Below are positions 11,808 to 23,833 of a DNA stretch of 64,000 nt, one piece after another. The position numbers and the translations under genes were made by a program. The stretch spans positions 13,392,001 to 13,456,000 of the forward strand of contig OZ176054.1 of NCBI GenBank assembly GCA_964247055.1. Direction: 5' to 3'. Positions within the stretch are counted from its first letter, which is position 1; each line of letters starts with the position of its first letter. The notes beneath the pieces were generated by a model, which saw nothing but the letters and a program-made list of their open reading frames with translations, was not told the origin of the DNA and made no database searches. The stretch is from Paragordius varius. Taxonomy: Eukaryota > Animalia > Nematomorpha.

Positions 11808-14800
11808 ATGAAAAATGTTTCTTTTAAACACTATTACGCTTATTATGTCCAAGATGATTGTATTAATGTTATTGATCTCTCAAACAATGTATCAGGTATT
11901 AATTTGTATTTGATTTTAGGGACCTTAAAATGTCGTTATTTAGTGGTTTATATAAATTTGGAAAATAATATCTTAACAGTATAATAAGAAATAATATTTT
12001 TAGGTTTTTGTTAACAAGTTCCTAAATTTATATGTCTATCAGTTACATACTGATGACCATTCTGTGATATTTGAAGGATTATATAAAACGTCCCTTAAAC
12101 ACATCATTATAGATTTGCAAACTACGTTTCCTAATATCTGTGTTTTGTCGGAACCGAAAAATATTATTCCTACTTTTAATGATAAATATATTACCATTAA
12201 CTTTGCTCAACCTAAAAAATATGTTACGAAAGAAGACATTCACCTTTTCCCCTCACAAATCATTGCCTTAAAAATTGTGAAAGATTGCCATTTTCTCGGA
12301 ATTTGTTTAAAAGATCAGCAACTCAATGTGTTTGAGTCAAAATTTGACGTGAATACCAATGAACTTGATTTCAACGAATTACTAAATTTACCATATACAT
12401 TTGAGGCAAATGATAACACTACTTTTGATATGTTTTTATCTGCGGAAAACGCTTTTGTAGCCATATTAAAGGGTCAGGAACAGACAAATTCAAATTTACT
12501 TATATATGAAATTTTGGATGATTGGAAACTTTGCAAAGTAACATAAATATATATTCAACATACTAGATGACAATAAATGACGGGAGCGATTTAGATTGTC
12601 AAATTATGTCTTTTAAATGGCACGAAAAAATTGCCCAATTTGGCTGCATTTCACGTTTTAACGAATCGCAAAGAGTCATTGAATGCATAGTTTTTGATGT
12701 GGCAAAACACCAAACGATTTTTTCAACTGACTTGCAAAACCAACAGGTTGTGTTAATTTGTTATATATTTGATATTTTTTTGTGCAGACGACTATTGTTA
12801 TTTTTGACATACTTAACCAGGGGTGTCTTTATAAACTGAATGCTACTTTAATTAAATAAACTTCAATTTAAAAATTAACAGGATTATCGTAAACTTTTTA
12901 TTAAAATTTTACAATGTTTTCTTTTTGAAATTTTACAGGCCTCAACAAACAATATACAAGTTTTAAATAACAAAAAAATATTAATTATAAATGTACGCAC
13001 AAATATTATAAGTAGTTCACCTAAATCGTTATCTATATATAACAGATTCTCCTCTTTTTAAGTCTTGAGAATTGATATGAAATGGATATATTATTTTCTA
13101 TACATTAATTTTATATCTTCAATTTTTTAGGTTGATAATATTGTACTTTTTCGATCCAAAACCATATATTTCCTTACACCCAAAGGCTGCGATCAACCCA
13201 TCGTAACCATAAAAATACCCAAAAAATCAATTGAGGACTATAAATTCGTTTCAACTGCATCATCACTCAAAGATGTGGAAAATCAATTGTTAGTTTTGCA
13301 ACCAGAAAACTCAACTAAAATAATGAATGATAAAACAGCAGAAATTTTTGAATCGAAAATGGTTCAATCTGACCCTCATGAGATTAGGGAAGAAATTGAG
13401 AAATTATTACATAATGGAAATTACACCGATGCTTACAATAGCTTGTGTATAACATTACAAAGAAGACCTGAGTATATTAGGTAAGGTTCATTTTATTTAA
13501 TCTTTTTTTTGGTTTAGGTTTCAAGCTGATTCGTATGAGATTTTATATATCAGAGCTGTTTTTACCTAAAAACTTAAGTATCCTATTATATTTTGTAAAA
13601 ATTAATATATACAAATTTATTCTGAAAAAAAGATTGATAACGTTTTATTTTGAGTGAAAAAAAGATTTGGTAGGTAAATGTAAAATTTTATTACGCAGAT
13701 AATTTTTTTCAATTTATAATTAATATTATTATACTATTTTCACACTAAAAAAATATAAAATTAGGCTTATATAATTTTTTACGAACATAATATTAAAAAG
13801 GTTGTATTAAACAATAAGGGTTTAAAATTTGGATTTTTCTTAAAAAACCATACTTTTTATGTGCTTCTATACAAACCATTTTAATCAATTTTTACTGTTG
13901 AATTGTTTAGAGATCTCTGTTTTAAATTTCTTACTTCAATTCTCACCATGTCAAATATACAAAGAAATAAAAATAACATTATCAGTGAAGAATTTAACAG
14001 TGATATTATTATTAACAAAAATACTAAAGAATCCAACTTGGAGAAAACTGAAATAGATGACATGTTAAATAAAGTGTGTAGCATATATATTAATACAATG
14101 TTGCTCCCTCAACATTTTATTATTCTCATTAATAATTCAAAGAATGCAATCATTCCAAATGAGAATGAACATTCCACTCTGAAAACGCTAATACAAGAAA
14201 TGGCTCAATATATTTCACAATGTTGCTTTATTTCTAACTCCTTTCAAACTAATTTCGATACGCTTTGTTCTTGGTATTTTGTAGGTTTTTTTGATTATTC
14301 AATAAATCGAGAAAATGCCAGTGAACGATTTCTTTGGATTCTCCAGTTAAATGGGAATGAAAATTATTCTTCTTATCAAAAACATGATTATAACAACAAA
14401 TCTTTGAAACATGTTAATTCCGGTCCCCCTATAAAATATTCAACTATTCGGGTTTGTTTCACACTTTGGCTTGAATCTTACCAACAAGTTAATGAACGTG
14501 AGGATGAATTTATACAGAGTAAACTTGATATTCTCTATATATTCATTCAAAAGGTTTTTAACATATATCCCCCATTGGGAAAATATAAATATATACCATT
14601 ATTAAAATTTGATTTCTTTTTTAATGTGACAAAAAAAGATTTTTAACTTAAATTTTGTTAAAATATGTCAAATATAATTTACTTGTTGTTATATATATCC
14701 AATTTATATCAATTTTTATAACTTTTACAAAATTGCCTATAATATACCTTTTACACATCAAATTCAACTGCCCTTAAACGTTTAAAATTTACTATAAAAA

Positions 14801-17800
14801 TTTTTGGTTTGGAAAATCAAATCTATATTAAACACTAAAAAATTATAATTTTGTTGAAAAAATAACATAATACAGTAAACAATGTCATGTATCCTATCAA
14901 TAAGTTGTTACATTAGCCATAAAACACATATTTTTGGGGTAAATTTGAAATAGGGTGAATAGTGATATAGATAAGGGTGAAATAGGAATATTTAAGTGTG
15001 AATTTGATAGTTTAATTAAAATATTTATGAGAATTGGACTTTTAAAATGGTCAAATATATTTTTTTGAAATTCATGCTTTCAGTTATAACCAAATGTATT
15101 GATCCCTTACAATCCCTTATTCATAACCACTATCAACTTTCAATGCTTCAAAAAACACTAAAAGCCCAAGTAATAAAACAACAGTTAAATGTGACAAATA
15201 TTGTGACACACTTTGTTTTACAATTCATTCGCGGACTTTTGATTCAAAGGATGTATGCCAATGCTGGCCGTCTCATATGGACCTTAAAAGATTTTTACGT
15301 TAAATCATCAGGTTTTATATTACACATAATTTAAATTTCAAAAAAGAACTTTTTAAAAATTTCTGCAAATAAAAGCAAAATAATACTAGGCAAATGGGAT
15401 TAAACATAAAATTAAAATACAAAGTTTATTTAACTTGATATTTTGTATAATTGAATATTTTATCGATTTCCACGTCTTCATTATTATAATTTTGCAACCC
15501 AAATTGATGGGTAAAAAAAATAAAATAACTAAAAAAATATTTGTCTCTTAAACTCATCATTTTGATTTGCCAAATAAGGCAAGGTTTAAATTGTTAAGCA
15601 TATAACATAAAATAAAAATTAAATAGGTTATTTGGGAAAAAATCAGTCTTATAAATGCAACTATGGTATTATTAAAAAAATATTTGTTTTTCTTTTGCAA
15701 CTTCTAATTTAATTTTATTAATTTAAAAAAAACAATCATACTCATTTTTTTCAGTACCACTAAATGATGAGGCAAAAAGCGAGAATTTAAATAATAATCT
15801 ATCAACACAAACTTCATTGGTGGAAACATTACAATTTTTCAGCCTTTTTTACTTTGCTTACGATAAAATCCAACATTTCCTGGTAAGATATGTTTGTGAT
15901 TCAATCCTATTTGGTGGATGGTTCTTTTGCTAGCTAAATTGTAAAGTCTCTGTGGTATTGTCTCGTTTCATTATTAAACATGCTTACATGTCTATGTGGT
16001 GTTGTCTTCTATCATCATTAAACATGCATGTCTCTGTGGTGTTGTCTCGTATCATCATCAATACATGTCTCTGTGGTGTTGTCTCGTATCATCATCAATA
16101 CACACATGTCTCTGTGGTGTTGTCTCGTATCATCATTAATACATATATGTCTCTGTGGTTTTGTCTCATTACATCATTGAACATGCTTACATGTCTTTGT
16201 GGTGTTGTCTCCTATCATCATAAAACATGCATGTCTCTGTGGTGTTGTCTCCTATCATCATTAATACATACATGTCCTTGTGGTGTTGTGTTATATCATC
16301 ATTAAACATGCATGTCTCTGTGGTGTTGCCTCGTATCATCATTGAACATGCTTACATGTCTCTGTGGTGTTGTCTCGTATCATCATCAATACACACATGT
16401 CTCTGTGGTGTTGTCTCGTATCATCATTGAACATGCTTACATGTCTCTGTGGTGTTGTCTCGTATCATCATTAAACATGCATGTCTCTGTGGTGTTGTCT
16501 CGTATCATCTTCAATACACACATGTCTCTGTGGTGTTGTCTCGTATCATCATTGGACATGCTTACATGTTTCTGTGGTGTTGTCCGTATCATCATTGAAC
16601 ATACATACATCGCTTTAATGCATGATATATATACCGTTTACTATTCAAATTCACCCTAAGATAAATTATGTGTTTAGCAGCTCATATAATTCATCATATG
16701 AAATATATTCTTATTGGGCATAGTTTATTATTTTTTCACTATTATATTAGTTTAAACAAAATTACATTTTTTAAAAATAAATAAAAATATAGCATATATT
16801 TTTTAGGGTGGATTATTGTTTAAGGGAGAAAACTTTAAATGGTATATAAATTTAATTATTAGTTGATGAGTCTTTTAATTCTCAGTTGGGAAAATAGTTG
16901 CATGTAAAAAAATGTCAATAATGATAAATGTACTACCTTAACTAAAATGTATATATAAAATTTACTTTTACTGCATGTTGTTTTTTACCATACACTACTG
17001 TATTGTAAAAATTTGCACAATTTTCACGTGAATCCGCGAGAAAAATTAGATTTGCTGACATAAATTTAAATTTTGTCCCTATTAATAATTTAAAAGATCC
17101 ATATCACCAATAATATAGCTGTTTACTGTATAAATATATGAGGATCAATTAAAAAAAATTTTTTTTTTTCATACAGAATACGGCATTCAGCGATATTGGC
17201 TTAGATGAGGTTCGAATGACCGTCAGATATTTAGCTCTGATGGCTTTTAAAATCATTCTTTCAAACAAAGATATGAGCAGTGCAAAAAAATTAGATAAAT
17301 ACGCCCTTAAAACATCCTTTCAATCACCTGATAATTATATGTTATGGGATGAAATAGTTGAATTTATAACATTACAAGAAAATAATAATGAAATGTTGAT
17401 TGAAATTATATCAAACATTTTCTGTTTGCTTTTACGATTACATAATCAAACGACGAATGATTGTGGTCTCATAACCTCAAGGATTGGACAATTGCTAGAA
17501 AAATATGGCCCTTACATATTGAAACATTATTCAAAATTACCTCAATGCGAATCAAGTGTTAAAAGAGAAAATCTTTTTAAGTAAGACCCTACATATATGT
17601 TCTAAATTGTTCATTTTAGGTTAATTGTTATAAGAAATTTTTATGATGTTTTGCGTATATATATATATATATACATACAATCAAAATGCCCCCCGTGGAA
17701 TTTGAATTTTTATACAAACAATTGGATTATTTTTGCTAAAAAATTAAAAAAGTAATGAATTATAAACAGACGCTAGATAACATAATTAAAACTCTGTATG

Positions 17801-19035
17801 AGGGGGAAGGAATACTATACCACTAATTTATATATTTACACACAGGATACATAATCCATTGTTTGAGAGTGTAACTCTACAAGAATGTCAAGATATTTTA
17901 AAAGAAAAACCACTTTCCTCCGACATTTTTTGTTACAATTGTCAAATGGTGACAGATTTTCAAATTGATTCCAACGCAAAAATTTACGGAAACCAGGCAA
18001 CATTGCCTAATACAGCCCTAAATCCCACGATAATATGTGAAGAGTGTTTGAAACCCTTTATATTTTCCATGCTAACTTTTGGTATATTTTTATATTATAA
18101 TAATAATATTGAATAAATAAGTTGTATATCGTCGATTTTTGTGAAAAGGGGGCGCTATTAATATCATATTTTAGCAAAATATAAAGTATAAAGATATGGT
18201 TTATTTTATAAAAAATAAGTAGTCTTTTGATTTTAAATTTAGGAGCTTTAGAAAAAAAGGATTTTTCTTGAAAATTTCGGCTTTTTTAATCAAAATAGTC
18301 CTTTAAATTTAATTAAATTTGAAACTTCTGTATATTTTAATTTACGCATATGTAGAGATATTGCCTTTGAGTTTAGTAGACGAATTCAACGCCACTGCAA
18401 AACCAGAAAAATTTGATTTGAATCATTTTGAAATGGGAAATAATGGGACAGAGCATTATGTTAATATCTTGCCTGATATAATGTTGGCTCAATGTAAAAA
18501 TTGCAAACAGGTATTCATTTTTTTACAATAAAATTGATGTTTTTTTCGTTTAAAAACTTTAACGATTTTATAGAGCAACAGTTAAAAAAAGTCCATCAGA
18601 AATTTGAAATTTTACGGACAAAACTTATAATTATAAAGACAAATATTTTTATTAAACCATACTTTTTAAATAACTGATTTTTTGAATTGCAGCGTATAAA
18701 ATAGGGATGTGTATTGGTCTAATCAATCTGTGTACAATTGTAAAAAAATGGTTTATATAAGATCATTTAAGGTTTAAAAAATTATGGTTTTTTTTCGAAA
18801 AAAATTGTCCTTATATTATTACTTTTTGTCCGTATATTATTTTAATTTTTACTGTAAGACACAATGGTTATTAAATATTTTTATATGTTTTTAGAATGTA
18901 AAAAATTGCTAATTTTTTATATTAAATCTTTATCTATGAATGTTTTAGATGTTTTATGCCGAAGAATGGGAATTTTATTTGATTCAACACAAACAATGTC
19001 CGTTTTGTAAAATGTTGCATGAAAAAATCCAATAA
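11808..19035 (+). CDS. IFT122: Highly divergent intraflagellar transport protein 122-like (IFT-A), ~14 exons, ~1100 aa
   Basis: Mostly phase-consistent exons: 11808-11978, 12043-12537, 12567-12746, small exons at ~12.8-13.0 kb, 13131-13480, 13911-14518, 15084-15311, 15755-15882, 17177-17580, 17620-17751, 17846-18081, 18356-18510, 18949-19035. The C-terminal part matches recalled IFT122 motifs: RMYANAGRLIWTL~SRFNDAAYYYWML; FCYNC..IICEECLKPFIFSMLTFEILPLSLVDEF~LCYRC..[50 protein letters not shown]..CPFC~[27 protein letters not shown]..CPYC. The N-terminal exons are beta-strand-like but only tentatively propeller. Confidence 0.75.
15946..16610 (+). repeat. Intronic minisatellite: 16 units of a 28-bp core (GTCTCTGTGGTGTTGTCTCGTATCATCA) plus one of three recurrent linkers (unit mostly 40/41/44 bp)
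   Basis: Units parsed by eye. Lies in the IFT122-like intron 15883-17176. Confidence 0.95.
18597..18854. mobile_element. Family A MITE in the last IFT122-like intron
   Basis: Inverted arms ending TTTTACTG|TA. Paralogous to 1-258. Confidence 0.8.
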
Positions 19036-19170
19036 ATTTATTATGTCCACTCAAAATCAGAATAAACAAATTATAACATATAGTTGTTGAGACTAAATAA
19101 TTTTGGTTAAAAGCAGATATATACAGTAATACATATACATTGCTAGAAAGGTATTAATTATTGCCAAATA

Positions 19171-19898
19171 TACCATTTGCACTTCAAGAGTGTCCTTGAA
19201 CATTTCAAGTTGGTCCTTTGACTTTTTTGTTTTGTTTTAATTTTTATTAATCAAATCGTAAATAATTCATCTATTTTATTGTTTTTAACCAATTTTCTAT
19301 TATTTAACATAAATTTTAAATCGATATCAACTTTTAATCTTTGAGAAACCGTATATCTTTATAAATTTATTAAAATAATTTTGGATATTTATAAGATTTT
19401 AGTTTTCTGAATTTAAAATTTTTCATTAAAAACATTCAAAAGTCAATAATTTTGTTTAATTGAAAAAAATAGTTTAAAACAAAAAAGTGGTTTTTCAATC
19501 AAAATTTTTATTTTTATCTGAATAAATATATAATAAATAAAGAAACTTAGGTTTATAAAATAATAAATGCTTATGGTTAAATTAAAATTTATAAATTTTA
19601 AGGACCAACTTGAAGTGTTCAAGGACCAACTTGAAGTGTTCAAGGACCAACTTGAAAGGTTCAAGGACCAACTTGAACTGTTCAAGGACCAACTTGAAAT
19701 GTTCAAGGACCAACTTGAAGTGTTCAAGGACCAACTTGAACTGTTCAAGGACCAACTTGAACTGTTCAAGGACCAACTTGAACTGTTCAAGGACCAACTT
19801 GAACTGTTCAAGGACCAACTTGAAATGTTCAAGGACCAACTGAACTGTTCAAGGACCAACTTGAAGTGTTCAAGGACAATCTTGAAGTGCAAATGGTA
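19171..19898. mobile_element. Family V TIR element, copy 2 (13 x 21-bp units at 19600-~19871)
   Basis: TA|TACCATTTGC...GCAAATGGTA|TA. Same flanks as copy 1, with an expanded array. Confidence 0.8.
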
Positions 19899-20474
19899 TA
19901 GTAATACAACAAAGGGGGCAGTATTATTGATTTATAGCTATTTATTTCACATATTGTTAGCCAATTATACTGCCCTTTGTTATATTTACTATTTGGCGAT
20001 AATTAATAACTTTCTATCAATTTCGTACTCATACTGTATATAATTGACTAAATGGAAGTGTTATAAATGCAACTAAATATAAAATAATAATACTATAAGT
20101 ATGCAAAAAAATATAAAAATGACTTAATTTTATGTTTTTATCCTAAATTCACTTTTCTCTATGAAAGCAAATGAAATTGGTGGTATTTCCCTATTCCGTA
20201 ACCCAAATTGATACTTAAAAAAGTTTGTTTTTTATTTTCCGCAACTTAAAAAAACGATTGATAAAAGTGCGGCGGTTAGATAATATATACAAAAAATATC
20301 AGCCATTTACTCTCTAAGTATTAATGTATTTTAATATAAAATTTTAAATTCAAAACGATAGTTACAAATATTTAGTGGCTAAAAATATCGCTTTCTTTAA
20401 AAAAATCTCAGTAATTAATTTTAAGGTCATTTCTAAATTTTTTTATTGTGTAATAAGTGTTTACAAATAAATTA

Positions 20475-21275
20475 TTATGAGGATGATTCACTGCTTGAAT
20501 TCGAAGAACTTGAAGTACTTTTACTAGTACTCGAACTACTTGTTGTGCTACTTGAAGAACTTTTCGATGATGGGACTTTGCCTTTAGCTTTTTGATTACT
20601 CTTTAGAGTTTTGCTTTTTTCACTCGAGGTTGTTGAAGTGACTGAGGAAGTTGAAGATTTTTCTTTCTTTTCTTGAGGTTTTTTGCTATTCTTTTGAGCC
20701 AATGGTGGAGGCGTCTGTGAATCCCTTTTTCCTGCTGTTGAGAGGACTTTTGGTTTTGAAGGTAAACCTTGATTAGTAGTAGGAGTAGGGTTAGAGACGG
20801 GTTTATTGGCTAATTTTTTGGTTTCAAAGTTAATATCACATGGCCGTGGGACTGGTATTTTATCGCTAGTTTTTAATTTTTTAGCAGCGGCACTTGAAAG
20901 GCTTTCTGCATCATTTTCTTCTGTTTGCGTTTCTGTTGTTGAAGTGGACTCTGACGAAGATGAAGAACTTGATGGTGTCAGAACTTTTGCTTGAGGTTCC
21001 TTAACTTTGGCTGTTTTTGTCTCTGAGAGCGCTGATGTTTCGTTTTTATCCAATTTAACTGATGAGATGGATGATTGAAAATCACCATTGAAAATAGTCT
21101 TATCATCGGGTTTCTTTCCATTTTCAAGGAGGGAAGGGGTGGTTGAGTCCATATGACCATTAGTTAGTATTGTTGTCGAATCATTATTTATTTCACCTAA
21201 ATCCTGCGGAAATGCAAAATATATTTATACATACACATTTATAATCAGCTGCTTGGAGCATTTTAGTTTGGACAT
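20475..21275 (-). CDS. Ser/Thr/Lys-rich low-complexity protein, paralog 2 (~255 aa; exons 21275-21237, 21203-20475)
   Basis: 225-aa ORF with a conserved 33-nt intron (21236-21204, GT..CAG). Indels relative to paralog 1 preserve the frame. Confidence 0.75.
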
Positions 21276-21750
21276 TTATTATTTTTATATGCCGTTAAAA
21301 TTTTTCTGAGATACTGACTATATATATCTTAATACCATCAGTTTAAACAAATTTTTTAAAAATTAAATTTTTAACCAAAGTAAGTTATTTCAAAAATATT
21401 TTTTGATAATCTAGCAAATATTAAAATTTATTGCGTATCGGCACTTTTGCGTTTATTTTCTGAAAACTAGCATATGAAAGGGTTCAAAGGTTTAAAATTT
21501 TGAAGCCACACACAAAAAATCAATTTTATATTATACCTTGCTTGTTAAAATAGCAGTTAGCTTCTTCCCAAAAATTACTTAATTTAATGTGCACTAATTT
21601 TGTTATTTTAAGTTAGTTTTAGAGGATTGATAATCAAACCGCGGGCCACGCGTTGCATACAACTAAAGGGCCTTTTATGGAGCTAAAAAATTCATTAAAT
21701 TTTTTAATCCACGTGTTTAAAATAGCTGAGCAATATTTGTTAACATTTCA

Positions 21751-22017
21751 CAGTAAAAACTGAAATTATACGGACAAAACGTAAAAATATAAAGACAAAT
21801 ATTTTTTTCAAACCTTAATTTTTCCCATATAAGCTATTTAATTACAATTGTTATATATAGAATTGATTGCGTCGGCAATTACATATCAATTTTATAAATT
21901 GTAATTTGAAACAATGAGTTATATTAAAAATGGAGTTTAAAATAGCATGGTCTTTTTAAAAAAAAATATTTGTCTTTATATTTTTACATTTTGTCCGTAT
22001 AATTCCAATTTTTACTG
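21751..22017. mobile_element. Family A MITE
   Basis: CAGTAAAAACTG...TTTTTACTG|TA. Confidence 0.85.
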
Positions 22018-22306
22018 TATGGTTCGCGGCCCTTAAGGCAGGAAAAAAATTCTTTATTTGGCTCCCATTAAAGTGTATTTCTTAATGCTTGACTGGGTAA
22101 AAATAAAAGCAACATTATTATTCTAAATATTATTTGACGATATTTATTTTTTTCCAATTTTGCGCACCAATATAATGGCCATTCAAATAGTGGTCACACA
22201 AATCCCTAAAAACAGGTTTTAAGAGTTTCAATCTGGCAAAGGTATTTAATTAGGCATATATATATTAATCGTTATCATAACTTATCTGATTTTTTTAATC
22301 AAATTA

Positions 22307-22593
22307 CAGTAAAAACTGAGATTATATGGACAAAAGACGTAAATACATAAAGACAAATGTTTTTTTTTAGTCAACCATACTTTTTCAATCTTGTTTCTTA
22401 AATATAACTAATGGTTTTAAACTGCAAAGTAAAAACGATATGTAGATCGGTAAAACAATCAATTATATATATTAAAATGTAGTTACATAATTTATATGAA
22501 AAAAGTTAGGTTTAAAAAGTATGGTTGTTTTTTGAAAAAAAATATTTGTTTTTATATTTTTACGTTTTGTCCCTATAATTTCAACTTTTACTG
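22307..22593. mobile_element. Family A MITE at the right edge of the duplicated block
   Basis: TA|CAGTAAAAACTG...TTTTACTG|TA. Confidence 0.85.
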
Positions 22594-23833
22594 TAACTAT
22601 ATAGTTGGAAACGTTTAAAATCATATTCATACTTATTATTTTAGATTATATCTATATACTATGAAGAAAAATTTAAATTCAGGTCGACCCTAAATTGCAA
22701 TAAATAAACAATTGGTTATAAAGGGAACAAAAAGCTAAAAAAAATAAATTTAAAAGTAAAATAGAATCTTAATTTTGTCATCTGTAGTTTTATTATTGTA
22801 CATGTGTCAATAAACCCTGAAATAGTTATGTGTTATTCATTTGTTACACAGTAATTAAAATTGAAATAATATAAAGACAAATTTTTTTTTAAACACAACT
22901 AACTTATTTAAACTTTATTTCCCTATATAAATAATATAATTACGATTGTTGTTAAATATATAATTGATAATGTGTTACCAATCTCTATTTCCTACTTTAC
23001 AATTTGAAAACAATGAGTTATATATGAAAAATAATCAACAGCGTTCTTATAAAGAAAAATTTGTCCGAATGTTATTAAGGTTTTGGTGTTAAAAAAGCAA
23101 AGAGTCTGTCTAACCCGTAATACTAGCACAGTTTATAAGAAAGTAATTTCACTCAATTTTTAGCATAAAATTTTTTTACCCTACTAATCTGACAAAATTT
23201 CTTAACTTAAAAATATTCTTTATAAAAAAATTTACTAATTGATCCAATATAAAGAATTATTGCTGAATTACAGCGAGATCCACCATAAGGACCCTTAATG
23301 GGATAATACACAAGTCATTTTGGGGTTCTGACAACCCTTTTTAAAAACTTATTGATACAAATTATGATTAAATATAATTAATATAAAATTTTTATTATTG
23401 CAATTATAATTCAGCTAAACAGATTTGAAGTATAATGGGCATAAATTGATTTCAATATCGTTATGAATATAAGCGGCCAAAACTTATCTCGCCACAAAAT
23501 ATTTGGTCAAGCCGAGGGCCGCAGTTTTAAACCGCTTTCAAATATAAGTTATAATATCATAAAAAATAGGCGCTAAGGTTCTTAAGTTTTGGTCTTTTTA
23601 AGAAATTTCAACTTTATCTTTCCCGATTTAAGCTTCATTTACTTTCTAAAATCATGCTTCCAATATACTTGTACCAAACCAAATATATGCATATAGTCAA
23701 TTTATTAAGTAAATAGGCAATAAATAATTAATGTAAAAAGTTAGTAATGTATGTATAAAAAACGTGCAAATCAATTAATAAGTAAGGCATTAAAGTGTAA
23801 AAAGAGTATATTGGTTGATATTTGTGTATAATA

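Larger units (their letters stand above)
18597..22290 (+). repeat. Direct segmental duplication of window positions 1-~3610
   Basis: Collinear shared MITE, IFT122-like last exon, Family V element, Ser-rich gene, second MITE and unique flanks (e.g. GGCCCTTAAGGCAGGAAAAAA, ATCTGGCAAAGGTATT). Confidence 0.95.

Noticed and set aside
15946-16610. CRISPR array, or Cys-rich ORFs at 15952-16659
   Set aside because: Linkers are 9-16 nt and recurrent rather than unique spacers, there are no cas genes and the context is a eukaryotic intron. The ORFs are repeat translations.
14951-16658. Single hAT element bounded by TAGGGTGAAT ... ATTCACCCTA enclosing the minisatellite
   Set aside because: The 8-bp flanks do not match and two IFT122-like exons lie between the motifs. 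More likely separate relics (a similar motif is at ~9440-9475).
19567-20043. 158-aa ORF with KDQLE(V/L/M)F heptads resembling a leucine zipper; also ORFs at 1063, 19443, 19582, 19610 and 61289-61525
   Set aside because: These are a by-product of the stop-free 21-bp repeat, which is open in several frames on both strands. The frame breaks at a 1-nt deletion and the copies differ in unit number.
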